Positions 36,779 through 47,281 of a stretch of DNA of 64,000 nt are shown here, piece after piece. Each line of letters opens with the position of its first letter. Positions within the stretch are counted from its first letter, which is position 1. The stretch is taken from NCBI GenBank assembly GCA_030765405.1, contig JAVCCP010000078.1, positions 1 through 64,000 on the forward strand, written 5' to 3'. The notes beneath the pieces are model-generated. The model made no database searches, was not told the origin of the DNA, and saw only the letters and a program-made list of their open reading frames with translations. This DNA comes from Candidatus Ancaeobacter aquaticus. GTDB lineage: Bacteria > Auribacterota > Ancaeobacteria > Ancaeobacterales > Ancaeobacteraceae. A program made the position numbers and the translations under genes.

Positions 36779-38266
36779 CTATAATTTACACACTTTGTTC
36801 CTGCCGCTTTCTTTTGCTTTATAGAGCGCAGTATCGGCTAATTTAATAAGTTCATCAGGAGATTCTTTCCCGCTTAAAGATGAAACGCCCATACTGATAG
36901 TTACTTTGTAATTATTTCCTTTATCATCAACTGCGACATGTTCTTCTATCTTTTTTCGAATACGATCGGCCAAAATAACGGCATTTTTTCTGGAAGTCTC
37001 TGTAAGCATGATAATAAACTCTTCGCCTCCGTATCGCCCGACAATATCGGTGTCTCTAACACTATTTTTCATGATATTTGCAGTTTCTCTGAGTATTAGA
37101 TCGCCGATTTGATGTCCATATGTATCGTTAACATTCTTGAAATGATCGATATCGCTAAGAATAAGAGAAAGCTTTCTTTTATGTCTAACACATTTGGAAT
37201 ATTCATCATCATACAGTGTTCTGAAGTATCTAATGGTGTTGAGGGTGGTGAGCCCATCTGTTGTTGCTAAATTAAATAATCTCGCATTTTCTATTGCGAT
37301 TGCTGCCTCTGATGAAAGCATGGTCAAAAGTTCCATATCATCCTTGTTGAACACTGTTCCATCTGTTTTGTTCAAAACTTCAACAGCCCCGATGATATTA
37401 TTTTTTACACGAAGAGGTACGCAAAGAATTGATTTTGTTATAAAACCTGTTTTTTTATCTGCACTTTTAAAGAAACGTTTATCTTTTTTTACATTCTGAA
37501 TGAGAAGGGATTTTCCATTTTGTGCAACTGAGCCGATTATTCCTTGTCCCATTTTAAGGCGCATTTCCTTAATTGCTTTTCCTTTTTCACCTTTTGCGAC
37601 GGTGAAAATAAGTTCGTTTGTCTTTGGATCTGTTATGGCAAGTGAACTAGCTTCGGCGTTTAAGGTATTTTTTGCCACGGACATGATTGAATAGAGAAGT
37701 TTGTCTAAGTTTAGTGTTTCTCTTACTGCATGACTTATATCAAATAGAGCTCGTAGTCGTGAGAGCTGTTCTTTGTAATTGTATTGCAGTTTTATATAAT
37801 AGATTTCTTTCTTGAATTTATTGATTTTTAATTCTAAAGATTTTTTATCGGATGCGGGAAAAAATCTTTTCTTGTTTGGGTTAACTATACCGATGGTTCC
37901 TATTTTTTCTTCTCTTATTAATAGAGGAACAATAATAATTGACTTCAAATTTTTATTTATATTGTTGCTGTGAATTGTTTTTATGGAAGATAGTGACTTT
38001 GTTGAAATATCTTTTAGGCTTGTTAAGAGGCTTTTAGGTGGTTCGATTCCCCGTGTGATTATTTTCGTTATTTTTTTAGATTTTCCCATTGGGAAGGAAA
38101 TGAAAGATATTTCAGCATCAAATTTTTTCAGGAAGTAGTCTATAATAGTGTGAAGATAAGCTTCGTAATCTAGTGAAAACTCCATAAAACTTTCAACGTC
38201 ACGGAAGAATGCTACAGATTCTTCCGGTTTGATTTTATCTGATGCTTTTCTTTTTGAATGTACCAT
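36779..38266 (-). CDS. GAF-domain diguanylate cyclase
   Basis: GAF domain(s) (SILCVPL..IGAVEVLNK), TDGLT, DIDHFK.VNDTYGH..GD, RDTD I-site, GRYGGEEF. Confidence 0.93.
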   Translation of the reverse strand: MVHSKRKASDKIKPEESVAFFRDVESFMEFSLDYEAYLHTIIDYFLKKFDAEISFISFPMGKSKKITKIITRGIEPPKSLLTSLKDISTKSLSSIKTIHSNNINKNLKSIIIVPLLIREEKIGTIGIVNPNKKRFFPASDKKSLELKINKFKKEIYYIKLQYNYKEQLSRLRALFDISHAVRETLNLDKLLYSIMSVAKNTLNAEASSLAITDPKTNELIFTVAKGEKGKAIKEMRLKMGQGIIGSVAQNGKSLLIQNVKKDKRFFKSADKKTGFITKSILCVPLRVKNNIIGAVEVLNKTDGTVFNKDDMELLTMLSSEAAIAIENARLFNLATTDGLTTLNTIRYFRTLYDDEYSKCVRHKRKLSLILSDIDHFKNVNDTYGHQIGDLILRETANIMKNSVRDTDIVGRYGGEEFIIMLTETSRKNAVILADRIRKKIEEHVAVDDKGNNYKVTISMGVSSLSGKESPDELIKLADTALYKAKESGRNKVCKL

Positions 38267-38416
38267 AATATAGTATCTCCATGTTCTATGCCTTATATAA
38301 TATGCGATTAGCAGAAAAAGTCAAAACAAAATGTTCTCTGGGTTTATTGAACAAATATACTTGGTTTTCGAACTTTTTTAACAGTATATTTTTATATAAA
38401 AAAAACAAAAAAACAT

Positions 38417-38445
38417 TTGACATATTTTTAATATATCGCTAATAT
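38417..38445 (+). promoter_or_regulatory. Strong sigma70 promoter candidate for the polysaccharide export locus
   Basis: TTGACA 38417-38422, 17-bp spacer, TAATAT 38440-38445. Confidence 0.65.
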
Positions 38446-38513
38446 TACCCTCAAGTTTAAACAACAAAGAATTATAGTAGTAGTATTCACTCACAACTTA
38501 TGGAGGTGAGAAA

Positions 38514-39722
38514 GTGAAAAAACGTGTAGTTGTATTTGGAGCAATATTGTTAGCGTTGTTATTTGTATCAGAGTCGATGGCTGGTATTTTAGGCGATCAA
38601 ATCAAATATGGAAAATTAGGACACGGTATAAAAATTGGTGATGGAAGAACAGTTGTTCATCCGACTTTTGATTCCCGGGCAACATATGACACCAATATTT
38701 TTATGGATCCTACGAATACAAAAAGCGACTTCTACTTTGACTTCGTTCCGGGGATTGAAGTAAAGGTTCCTTTTTCAAAGCATCTTTTTACGGGAAAATA
38801 CAGTGTTGATTTTTCCCAATATCTTAAGTACAACACTCAAAACTCTCAAGATCAGCTTGCATCGACGGGTTTGATATTTGATTTTGATAAAGTGTACGTA
38901 AAACAGAATAACAGATTCATTGATACAGCATCACGGTCTGGAACTGAATTTACGTCAAAGGTGCAAAGAAGAAACTATACAGCCGATATTTTAGCTGGCG
39001 CTAACTTTAATCTTCTTACCTTTGAAGGCGCTTATTCATACTTCCTCGAAAAATATGTAGAACAAGCATATGAAAATTTAAATAGACATGATCAAATTTT
39101 CACCGGTAGCGCATTTTACAGAATATTTCCTAAGACAGAGTTGATAGCAGAAAGTGACGTTGGCATAGTGCGATACGATACCGAGGGAGGTAATTTCAGA
39201 GATAATAATTATTACCGGGTACGCGGTGGTGTGCGCGGTAAAATCACAAACAAGCTAACAGGTATTGCAAAAGTAGGTTGGATATTAAAGGATTATCGAC
39301 AATCCGATCAAACGGACTTTAATTCGGCTACAACGTTTTTGTCATTTATTCACGATTTTACTGATTCTACAAAGTTTGCGGTTATGTATGAAAGAGCACC
39401 TCGCGAAGCAACATTCGGTGATAATAACTGGTATTTATCAAATAGAGTAACATTCCAGGTTGATCAAAAGATTATGAATAAGCTCGATGCTTTTTTCAAA
39501 TTTGCTTATGATAGAGTAACCTATCCTGAAGAAACAACGATTGGTTTAAAGACAGAGAAGAGAAAAGATAATCTTTGGACTTTTAATACGGGGCTCAATT
39601 ATACGATTCAGGAATGGATTACGGCAGGTATCGAATATGAGTATGCTACAAAGTCGTCAGACTTCGAAATTTTTGGGTATGACAGACACCTTGTAATAAG
39701 TAAGCTGAATCTGAAATTCTAA
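38514..39722 (+). CDS. Outer-membrane beta-barrel protein associated with polysaccharide export
   Basis: GGAGG RBS, signal peptide, alternating beta strands, YDTNIF motif, terminal aromatic (LNLKF); precedes wza-wzc. Confidence 0.8.
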   Translation: MKKRVVVFGAILLALLFVSESMAGILGDQIKYGKLGHGIKIGDGRTVVHPTFDSRATYDTNIFMDPTNTKSDFYFDFVPGIEVKVPFSKHLFTGKYSVDFSQYLKYNTQNSQDQLASTGLIFDFDKVYVKQNNRFIDTASRSGTEFTSKVQRRNYTADILAGANFNLLTFEGAYSYFLEKYVEQAYENLNRHDQIFTGSAFYRIFPKTELIAESDVGIVRYDTEGGNFRDNNYYRVRGGVRGKITNKLTGIAKVGWILKDYRQSDQTDFNSATTFLSFIHDFTDSTKFAVMYERAPREATFGDNNWYLSNRVTFQVDQKIMNKLDAFFKFAYDRVTYPEETTIGLKTEKRKDNLWTFNTGLNYTIQEWITAGIEYEYATKSSDFEIFGYDRHLVISKLNLKF

Positions 39723-39756
39723 AGCAGTTGAGGAAATAAGTTGATTTAAAGATATT

Positions 39757-39812
39757 AAAAGCGCGAATACTGTGAGGAAGGTTAAATACCTTAAGTATTC
39801 GCGCTTTTTTTT
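39757..39812 (+). terminator. Intra-operon terminator-like hairpin
   Basis: AAAAGCGCGAATACT...AGTATTCGCGCTTTT perfect 15-bp stem running into T8. Confidence 0.7.
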
Positions 39813-39832
39813 AAAGTTTGAGGGTTTTTACA

Positions 39833-40456
39833 ATGAAAAAATATGCTATTAAATGTATCTCATGTTTGCTTGTTGGTGTTTTTTTAGTTGCGCATAGCGG
39901 TATTTCTTTTGCAAAAGCACCAGTAGAGCTCCCAAAATCGAGCAAAAATAAAACTGATTATCAGTTAGGGCCTGATGATGTTCTCATTATCAATGTATAT
40001 GGTGAAGCGGACTTAAATACAGGTAAAGAAGGTATGAGAGTGCGTGTGTCTGCAAGCGGGTCTATTACGTATCCCTTTGTTGGTAAATTATACGTGAAAG
40101 ATATGACCGTTTCAGAAGTAGAAGATAAGATTGCTGAAATATTAAGTGACGGATATATAGTTGATCCTAAGGTAACAATATTTTGTGAGCAGAATGCGAA
40201 AGTGTATGTGTTTGGGCAGGTAAATAGTCCCGGCGCATATCCACTTATTACCGGCATGACTCTTCTTTCTGGTATTGCCATGGCTGGAGGTTTTACAAAA
40301 ATTGCTGTACAAAGCAAGATAAAGCTTGTCCGTCATCATGGTCACGAAAAGAAGATGTACGAGGTCAGGGTAAAGGACATTCTTAAAGGTGATTTGACTA
40401 AAGATATAGAACTAGAGAGAAATGATACTATTATTGTAATGGAAAGTTTCTTTTAA
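39833..40456 (+). CDS. wza: Polysaccharide export protein (Poly_export + SLBB)
   Basis: YQLGPDDVLIINVYGE, G.ITYPFVG, VFGQV.SPG.Y, AGGFT. Confidence 0.9.
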   Translation: MKKYAIKCISCLLVGVFLVAHSGISFAKAPVELPKSSKNKTDYQLGPDDVLIINVYGEADLNTGKEGMRVRVSASGSITYPFVGKLYVKDMTVSEVEDKIAEILSDGYIVDPKVTIFCEQNAKVYVFGQVNSPGAYPLITGMTLLSGIAMAGGFTKIAVQSKIKLVRHHGHEKKMYEVRVKDILKGDLTKDIELERNDTIIVMESFF

Positions 40457-40491
40457 TATTAATAATGAGTAACATTTATGCAGGTGGTGTG

Positions 40492-42447
40492 ATGGAATCA
40501 GCAAATCAAATGGTAACGAATAAAAATGAACGTTCAATACGAGACTATTTTAAAATAGTATTGAAAAGAAAATGGCTCGTGATATGTATATTTCTTGTGG
40601 TTGTTATATCCGTTACGATTTATACGCTTAATCAGGAGAATATATATCGGTCGGTAAATACATTAATGATCGATAAGGAAGCGCCAACAATAGTGCAGTT
40701 TCAGGGAAAAGAAGTGGTTTCTCTCGGTGATGAAACAGGCGGGTATCGGGACTATTATCAGACGCAATATAAGATTATTAAGAGTTTGAATATTCTTCAG
40801 AAGGTATATAAGGAGTTGCGGTTAAAGAACGATACGTATTACAATAATAATAATACTTCTAAGTATCCATTCCAATCTTTTGTGAATTCTATCAAGGTTA
40901 TTCCCGTTCTTAATACAAGGCTTATTAGAGTTGCTGTGGATCACAATAATCCTATCAAAGCAGCGCTTGTCGCTAACAAGGTTGCTGAAGTATATCGGGA
41001 AGAAAATCTGGCTAGAAAATTGAGAGCTACTAAAGAAGCGGTAACCTTTCTTGATAGTGAAGTAGTTGATTTTAAAAAGAAAGTGACCGGTGCAGAGAAT
41101 AAATTGCAAAGATATAAGGAAAGTCATTCATTAACCGAACTTCCAACAGAAGGATACCTTGCTCAAATAAGAGCAATGGAGATTGAAGAAAATGACCTAA
41201 AAACGAAGCTTGCGGAACTAAAAAAACGATACAAAGAAAAACATCCGACGGTTGTTGAAGCAAAGACACGTTTAGATTCTATACAAAAAAGAATTAAAGA
41301 AGAGACGGACGAAACATTAAAACTGCATAAAACATTGATTGATTATAATGTTTTGTCGAGGGAAACAGAGTCAAATCAGCAGTTATTGAATAATCTTATC
41401 CAACGGTCTAAAGAAACAAATTTATCTCAATCAATAAAAACGAATAATATTGAAGTCATAGAATATGCATACCCATCAATAAAGCCAATAAAACCGCGGG
41501 TGAGACTTAATATTGCTCTCGCTATGGTAATAGGGTTGATTGGTGGCGTGGGAATGGCATTTCTATTAGATGCGCTGGATAATACGCTAAAATCTCCGGA
41601 AGATATTGAGCAACACCTTCAGTTGCCCTTTCTTGGTTTTATTCCGTCAGTGCAAAGGAAAGACGCAAAAAAGGTCGCGGATATTGATACTATTGCTCAT
41701 GTAGCGCCAAAATCAACGGTCTCGGAAGCGTATAGAGCGGTGAGAACGGCTATTATGTTTTCAACGCCTGGTGAGCCGGCAAAAGTTCTTACGGTAACGA
41801 GCTCAAATCCTCGTGAAGGAAAGACAACGTCAGCTATAAATATTGCTATTGCTATGGCAAATGCAGGGGATAAAGTCCTCATAATTGATGCTGATATGAG
41901 AAAACCACGTATTCATAAGACATTTAGTGTTGATAACACCACCGGGTTAAGTAATCTCATAGTGGGTAATACAGATATTGAAAATGTTATTCATAAAACT
42001 GAAGTGCCAAATTTATCAGTGATAAGCTCAGGGCCTATTCCGCCAAATCCGTCGGAACTATTGCATCCAAAAAACATGGTTGAGATCCTCAATACATTAA
42101 AGGATAACTATGACAGAATAGTCTTTGATTCACCGCCAATCTCTGCAGTAACTGATTCTGTAATCTTGGGGGCACTCTCTGATGGTGTTATAATGGTTAT
42201 ACATTGCGGGAAAACTCCTCGAGAAGCATGTTTATTTGCAAAGCAGAAGATTACTGATGCACGGGGAAGGATACTAGGGGTTATTCTAAATAATGTAGCT
42301 CTCCATAAGGACGCCTATTATTATTACTATTATTATAGATATAATTATTCTTATTATGGCCATGATGGAAAAACAAAAAAACGTGTAAGTTCCAACACTC
42401 AAAATAACAAGGTTGCGGCTAAAGAAAAAGAAGAAATTCCGGTTTAA
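40492..42447 (+). CDS. wzc: Polysaccharide co-polymerase / BY-kinase
   Basis: Two TM segments around a coiled coil, SEAYRAVRT, TSSNPREGKTT Walker A, IDADMRKP, DSPP, C-terminal Tyr cluster. Confidence 0.93.
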   Translation: MESANQMVTNKNERSIRDYFKIVLKRKWLVICIFLVVVISVTIYTLNQENIYRSVNTLMIDKEAPTIVQFQGKEVVSLGDETGGYRDYYQTQYKIIKSLNILQKVYKELRLKNDTYYNNNNTSKYPFQSFVNSIKVIPVLNTRLIRVAVDHNNPIKAALVANKVAEVYREENLARKLRATKEAVTFLDSEVVDFKKKVTGAENKLQRYKESHSLTELPTEGYLAQIRAMEIEENDLKTKLAELKKRYKEKHPTVVEAKTRLDSIQKRIKEETDETLKLHKTLIDYNVLSRETESNQQLLNNLIQRSKETNLSQSIKTNNIEVIEYAYPSIKPIKPRVRLNIALAMVIGLIGGVGMAFLLDALDNTLKSPEDIEQHLQLPFLGFIPSVQRKDAKKVADIDTIAHVAPKSTVSEAYRAVRTAIMFSTPGEPAKVLTVTSSNPREGKTTSAINIAIAMANAGDKVLIIDADMRKPRIHKTFSVDNTTGLSNLIVGNTDIENVIHKTEVPNLSVISSGPIPPNPSELLHPKNMVEILNTLKDNYDRIVFDSPPISAVTDSVILGALSDGVIMVIHCGKTPREACLFAKQKITDARGRILGVILNNVALHKDAYYYYYYYRYNYSYYGHDGKTKKRVSSNTQNNKVAAKEKEEIPV

Positions 42448-42481
42448 GCCGCATTATTGTTCTTAATACATTATTATTACT

Positions 42482-43252
42482 ATGATAGATCTACATTCCC
42501 ATATTCTTCCAGGCATTGATGACGGTGCAAAAACTATTGAAGAATCCCTGGAAATGGGGCGTATTGCATATCGTGATGGAATAAGGTCTATTGTTGCCAC
42601 CCCGCACACATTAAACGGCGTATATGATAATTCGAGAGAAAACATCATAGAGGCCGTACACGTAATGCAAGGTCATTTTAAAGATGCCGGGATCGACATT
42701 ACTCTTTATCCCGGTGCAGAGGTACAATTAGACGATCAGATTGCACACCATATAGAGTCAGGATATTTGCTAACATTGAATGATATGGGGAAGTATATTT
42801 TTATAGAATTACCCGTACATGTAATTCCTCAGCATTTAGATAGTCTTTTTTTTGATCTAAAAATGAAAGGCATTACTCCGATTATTACACATCCCGAACG
42901 TAATATGTTTATCGAGAAAGATGTTAATATTCTTTTTGAATTTGTTGAAAAAGGGGTGTTATCTCAGATAACGGCATCAAGTTTAACAGGTGAGTTTGGT
43001 TCAGGCGTAAAGGCATGCGCTAAGAAACTCTTAAAATGTAAGCTGGTCCACATTATAGCTACTGATTCACACGCGACTACTCACCGGGTGCCAATATTGA
43101 GTGAAGGGGTGAAGGTTGCATCACAAATTGTTGGTAAAGAAGATGCCCAGTCTATGGTGATAGATGTTCCTCAAAAGGTCATTAATGGTGACGTGTTTTA
43201 CGCGGAAGATCCGCAAAAACAACGATCATTTTTTTCATTCTTTAACAAGTAA
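42482..43252 (+). CDS. PHP-family protein tyrosine phosphatase (CpsB/CapC)
   Basis: IDLHSHILPGIDDG, ATPH, THPERN, ATDSH. Confidence 0.93.
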   Translation: MIDLHSHILPGIDDGAKTIEESLEMGRIAYRDGIRSIVATPHTLNGVYDNSRENIIEAVHVMQGHFKDAGIDITLYPGAEVQLDDQIAHHIESGYLLTLNDMGKYIFIELPVHVIPQHLDSLFFDLKMKGITPIITHPERNMFIEKDVNILFEFVEKGVLSQITASSLTGEFGSGVKACAKKLLKCKLVHIIATDSHATTHRVPILSEGVKVASQIVGKEDAQSMVIDVPQKVINGDVFYAEDPQKQRSFFSFFNK

Positions 43253-43290
43253 ACGGTACTCCATAATTCCTAAAACATAAAAAAGAATCT

Positions 43291-45708
43291 ATGAGAAGAG
43301 AAAAATTCCTATCAGTCCTAGACGGTATACCTGAAATTATTCTTATAGTAGTCCTTATATATATATTACTTCCCTTTAGCAATACTCTCTCATATTTTTA
43401 TGGTGTTCTGAGCTGTGCCGTTATTTTTCTTGTAATACACTGGTATCTGCAGAATGTGGCGCATAAATCAATATATTATGTTAAAACAAAGATGTTTCTT
43501 CTCTTTGTTTTTATTATTGGCCTTGCTTTGATTTATGTCATACCGTTACCGGCTGCTATAGTGAAAGTCTTTTCTCCTGAAACGTATTCACTGTATGATA
43601 GTATTAGCAGGGTTAAATGGTCAGGCTCTATCCCGATATCAATAAACCCGCATCATGCAACAATAAATCTATATTCTTTAGTTTTATATGGATGTTTCTT
43701 TTTTCTTTTTGTGTTTTGCATAAAAAATACGGACTACATAAAGAAGATGTTGTTTCTCGTACTGTTTTTTTGTGCTTTATACTCGCTTCTATGGATAATA
43801 AAATTGGTTTATATTGATTTTTCGCAGATGATTGCGCGTACAATAGATTTTGATAACAAGGGTGAAGGAATCCTCCTGAACAAAAATATGTTCTCTTGGT
43901 TTTTACTGCTTTCATACTTTCTCGCCTGCGGTTTTATGGCAGGAGATATTGACGGCAATAAAAAACAGTATGTCATAACATGTTTTGTGATAATGACGCT
44001 ATGTATTGTCGCGATATCAAGTGGTATTGTCTTTAAGAGTTTTTTTATCGGGATTTGTTTTTTCTCCATTTTGTCTTTGCTTGTATCAAAGATGAAAAAA
44101 ACTGTTAAATGGGTTCTTGGTACTGCACTAATAGTTATTATGTACTATATATTAAAAAATATTGAAGGAATATGGAGTGTCTTGCCACATTTTTTTCAAA
44201 ATCATGATATTTCCCCACAAAAGAGTAATTTGAGCACGTTGTATGCTAGCTATGGAGTAGGCGGCGTAGGGCTATATGCATGCATAATAGGGGTATATTA
44301 TTATCGCTTAATTAAAATGATATTAAAGAGAAATGACATAACCGTTAAGATGCTTGCAATAGGCGGATTGTCAGGGATAGTGGCATTACTCTACGGGGCA
44401 TTATTTTGCGTTCCGTTCCAAAGTGCAACAATAGTGTTTATGTGTGTTTTTGTTATGGCGAGCATCTATGTGTTGCTGAGAATAAGAATGAATGAATCAA
44501 GTAAAACTGGTGAAGAAGTATTTACGGATTACACGATTAAAAAGTTACATAAATGGCAATCGTATATAGCGGTGAGTCTTGGTGTTCTGCTGACAGTTCT
44601 TATATGCACAAAAGTAATTAAGCTTACTATTGCGCAGCATTATTTCAGTAAGATAATGAATCGAACCGAACAAGTCAAAATAATTAAAAAGGGTAATGAT
44701 CGTACGATGATTAGCAAGCTCTCTCCGTCATGCTTAGAAAAAGATCTGCAGTATGCTGAAAAAGCCATTGATTATGATCAAAAGAATCCATTGTATCATT
44801 ATACACTGGGGCGTCTCTACGATCTTTCAGCTGATATAAGCACTACTCCTTCTCAGCAGATGATAAAAAATGCATTGGAAGAGTATGAAAAAGCGGTGAT
44901 ATTGTCTCCGGGAAATACGTTATTTAGAAATGCGGTAACGATTGCTTCTAAGGGGATATTTTTGGATAATAAAAATACGACAGGAAGAGAACGAGAAAAT
45001 GTCTCTAGTAAGGTATCGCTTATTGATAAAAAAACCGATAACACTGATTCAGCTAGATACATACATGAAATAATTCTTGGGGCGCTGAAGTATACTGATG
45101 ATTATAATGAGTTAAAGGTGCTTGTGAAAAATGAAGAGGAGGGCGTATACCACCTGACAATTATCCTTTTTGATAATATGAAATTTGAAAAAAATAAAAA
45201 TGCATTTATGCAAGATATGAAATTGGCATCGAAAGAGGAAAGGTATCAATATGTTCATGCGCTTTCAGATATTTTAGTGCAAAAAGGTGCATTTGCTGAT
45301 GCGGTAAATTTGATGGAAGAATATGCAGAAAATAACCCGCATAATATTGAAGCGGTGTCTTGGATCGTTGAAACGGTGCCTAATTATCCGCGAAATTATA
45401 ATTTTGAATATGTAAAAAATGTTTTTAAACGTGCGCACAATGCAAATCCTGAAAACATATATGTATTACATAAATATGTGCATTATTTATATATAAAGAG
45501 AGAATATGCGAGCGTAATAAAAGTGTTATCTGATATTGCAAAAAAACGAGATTTACATAATAATGAGCTGTATGAAATAGGGAAGTCATATGAACAGTTA
45601 GGTGACAAAAAAGAAGCAATTACGTTCTATGAGTTGATATTAAAAAGTGATCCTGGAAATTATGAAGTAAAGGAAAGAGTCCGGAAACTGTCAGGGAGCC
45701 AGAAGTAA
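43291..45708 (+). CDS. Degenerate O-antigen-ligase-like membrane protein with C-terminal TPRs
   Basis: Multi-TM; NKNMF motif and N-terminal similarity to 45713 protein; TPR-like repeats (NPLYHYTLG..Y, ELYEIGKSYEQLG). Confidence 0.6.
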   Translation: MRREKFLSVLDGIPEIILIVVLIYILLPFSNTLSYFYGVLSCAVIFLVIHWYLQNVAHKSIYYVKTKMFLLFVFIIGLALIYVIPLPAAIVKVFSPETYSLYDSISRVKWSGSIPISINPHHATINLYSLVLYGCFFFLFVFCIKNTDYIKKMLFLVLFFCALYSLLWIIKLVYIDFSQMIARTIDFDNKGEGILLNKNMFSWFLLLSYFLACGFMAGDIDGNKKQYVITCFVIMTLCIVAISSGIVFKSFFIGICFFSILSLLVSKMKKTVKWVLGTALIVIMYYILKNIEGIWSVLPHFFQNHDISPQKSNLSTLYASYGVGGVGLYACIIGVYYYRLIKMILKRNDITVKMLAIGGLSGIVALLYGALFCVPFQSATIVFMCVFVMASIYVLLRIRMNESSKTGEEVFTDYTIKKLHKWQSYIAVSLGVLLTVLICTKVIKLTIAQHYFSKIMNRTEQVKIIKKGNDRTMISKLSPSCLEKDLQYAEKAIDYDQKNPLYHYTLGRLYDLSADISTTPSQQMIKNALEEYEKAVILSPGNTLFRNAVTIASKGIFLDNKNTTGRERENVSSKVSLIDKKTDNTDSARYIHEIILGALKYTDDYNELKVLVKNEEEGVYHLTIILFDNMKFEKNKNAFMQDMKLASKEERYQYVHALSDILVQKGAFADAVNLMEEYAENNPHNIEAVSWIVETVPNYPRNYNFEYVKNVFKRAHNANPENIYVLHKYVHYLYIKREYASVIKVLSDIAKKRDLHNNELYEIGKSYEQLGDKKEAITFYELILKSDPGNYEVKERVRKLSGSQK

Positions 45709-45712
45709 TAAT

Positions 45713-47272
45713 ATGTCCAGAGATACTGTTATTTCACTCATTTCAGCAATTATTGATAGCGTGATAGCCTTTTTGATACTTTTTGCGCCATTTGCTTTTG
45801 GTTCTGTTGAGCCGTGGGCATACAGAATTATAGAAGTAAGCGCAGTAATACTCTTTGTGCTTTGGATAGTGAAAATATGTGTTGGAGGAAAAGAATTCTT
45901 TAGGGTACGGTTTCCGCTTATCAGTATCCCTGTGATACTCTTGATCGGATTTACTGTTTTTCAACTTTTTCCGCTTCAAAAAACAACAGTAAAAAAATTG
46001 TCTCCAAAAACATATGAATTGTATGCGACAAATATTCCGCGATACGAACCTGCCTATTACCTGAAAAATCTTGATAAGAAAGATTATAGATTTAGATTCC
46101 TGCAAAAAAAACCGTATAACACATTTCTTTATGAAGCTGTCGGCAATGATGAAAGGCCGCTGTCCGTATATACGCCTAGTACGAAAAAATATCTATGGAA
46201 AATAATCAGCTTGTTTCTCATATTCTTTGTTGCGGTAAACAACATTACGACGAAGGAACAGGTAAGAAGGATACTCGTTGTGATCATTACTGCCGGATTT
46301 ATATTGGCACTCGTGGGAATACTCCAGAAACTTACTTTTAACGGCAAATTACTCTGGTTTCGCATACCTCGCTATGGAGGAGATCCCTTTGGCCCGTATG
46401 TGAATAAAAATAATTTTGCTAATTATATAGTGATGATTATCCCCGTTGCAATTGGGTACATACTCACACAAATAATATACCGGTTTAGAAGAGTGCAGGG
46501 CGATACATTATTTTTACGTATGAAAAATATTGTTGTGAGCGATTTCCTTTATAGGATCCTGTTAATGATTTTTGTTGTTTCTGTAATGATAACCGCACTT
46601 ATCATGAGTAAATCATTGCTAGGAGTCATAAGCGGGTTATATGGATTACTGTTTTTTATGGCATATATATTTATCAAGAATAAAAAGGTGCTATTGTCGT
46701 TAATTATTGGATTAGTCTTGTTTGTTCCTATGCTTTTTATAGCTTCTGGTGGGGAAGTATCTGTAAGCCAAATGTATAAAAAATATTCAGGCCCATCAAT
46801 TTCGGAACAAATACGTGTGCAATATTATGTTGATGGGTATGAGATGATAAAAGACTATCCATACACAGGTACGGGACTGGGTACATTCTCTATGGTATTT
46901 CCTCAGTATAAAAGTGTCAACCTAGGGGTACGTACGCGCTTTCTGCATAATGACTTTATGCAATTATGCATTGAAGTTGGTGTAGTGTGCGGAGCGATTG
47001 TTATTTTGTCGGTTTTGTTTTTTCTTGTTTACACAGTCTTGCGGTTGGTGTTTTTAAAAAAGAAGCGGTCTTTTTATTATAGTATGTTTGGTGTAGCAGT
47101 AGGCATGTTCTGTATGTTAATACATGCTCTTGGGGGATTTCACTTCCATATACCTGCAAATGCACTTTTATTTACCGTGCTAGGGGCGCTTTTATGGAGT
47201 ATGGGAGATATTGAAAAAAATGAAAGTGGAAAATCCAGAAAATATAAAAGAATTCAAAAAAAGAACATGTAG
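45713..47272 (+). CDS. O-antigen ligase/polymerase family protein
   Basis: FGPYVNKNNFA, R...Y..G..MIKDYPYTGTGLGTF, FLHNDFMQL..E.G, F.FHIPAN. Confidence 0.85.
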   Translation: MSRDTVISLISAIIDSVIAFLILFAPFAFGSVEPWAYRIIEVSAVILFVLWIVKICVGGKEFFRVRFPLISIPVILLIGFTVFQLFPLQKTTVKKLSPKTYELYATNIPRYEPAYYLKNLDKKDYRFRFLQKKPYNTFLYEAVGNDERPLSVYTPSTKKYLWKIISLFLIFFVAVNNITTKEQVRRILVVIITAGFILALVGILQKLTFNGKLLWFRIPRYGGDPFGPYVNKNNFANYIVMIIPVAIGYILTQIIYRFRRVQGDTLFLRMKNIVVSDFLYRILLMIFVVSVMITALIMSKSLLGVISGLYGLLFFMAYIFIKNKKVLLSLIIGLVLFVPMLFIASGGEVSVSQMYKKYSGPSISEQIRVQYYVDGYEMIKDYPYTGTGLGTFSMVFPQYKSVNLGVRTRFLHNDFMQLCIEVGVVCGAIVILSVLFFLVYTVLRLVFLKKKRSFYYSMFGVAVGMFCMLIHALGGFHFHIPANALLFTVLGALLWSMGDIEKNESGKSRKYKRIQKKNM

Positions 47273-47281
47273 CGGTGTTGA

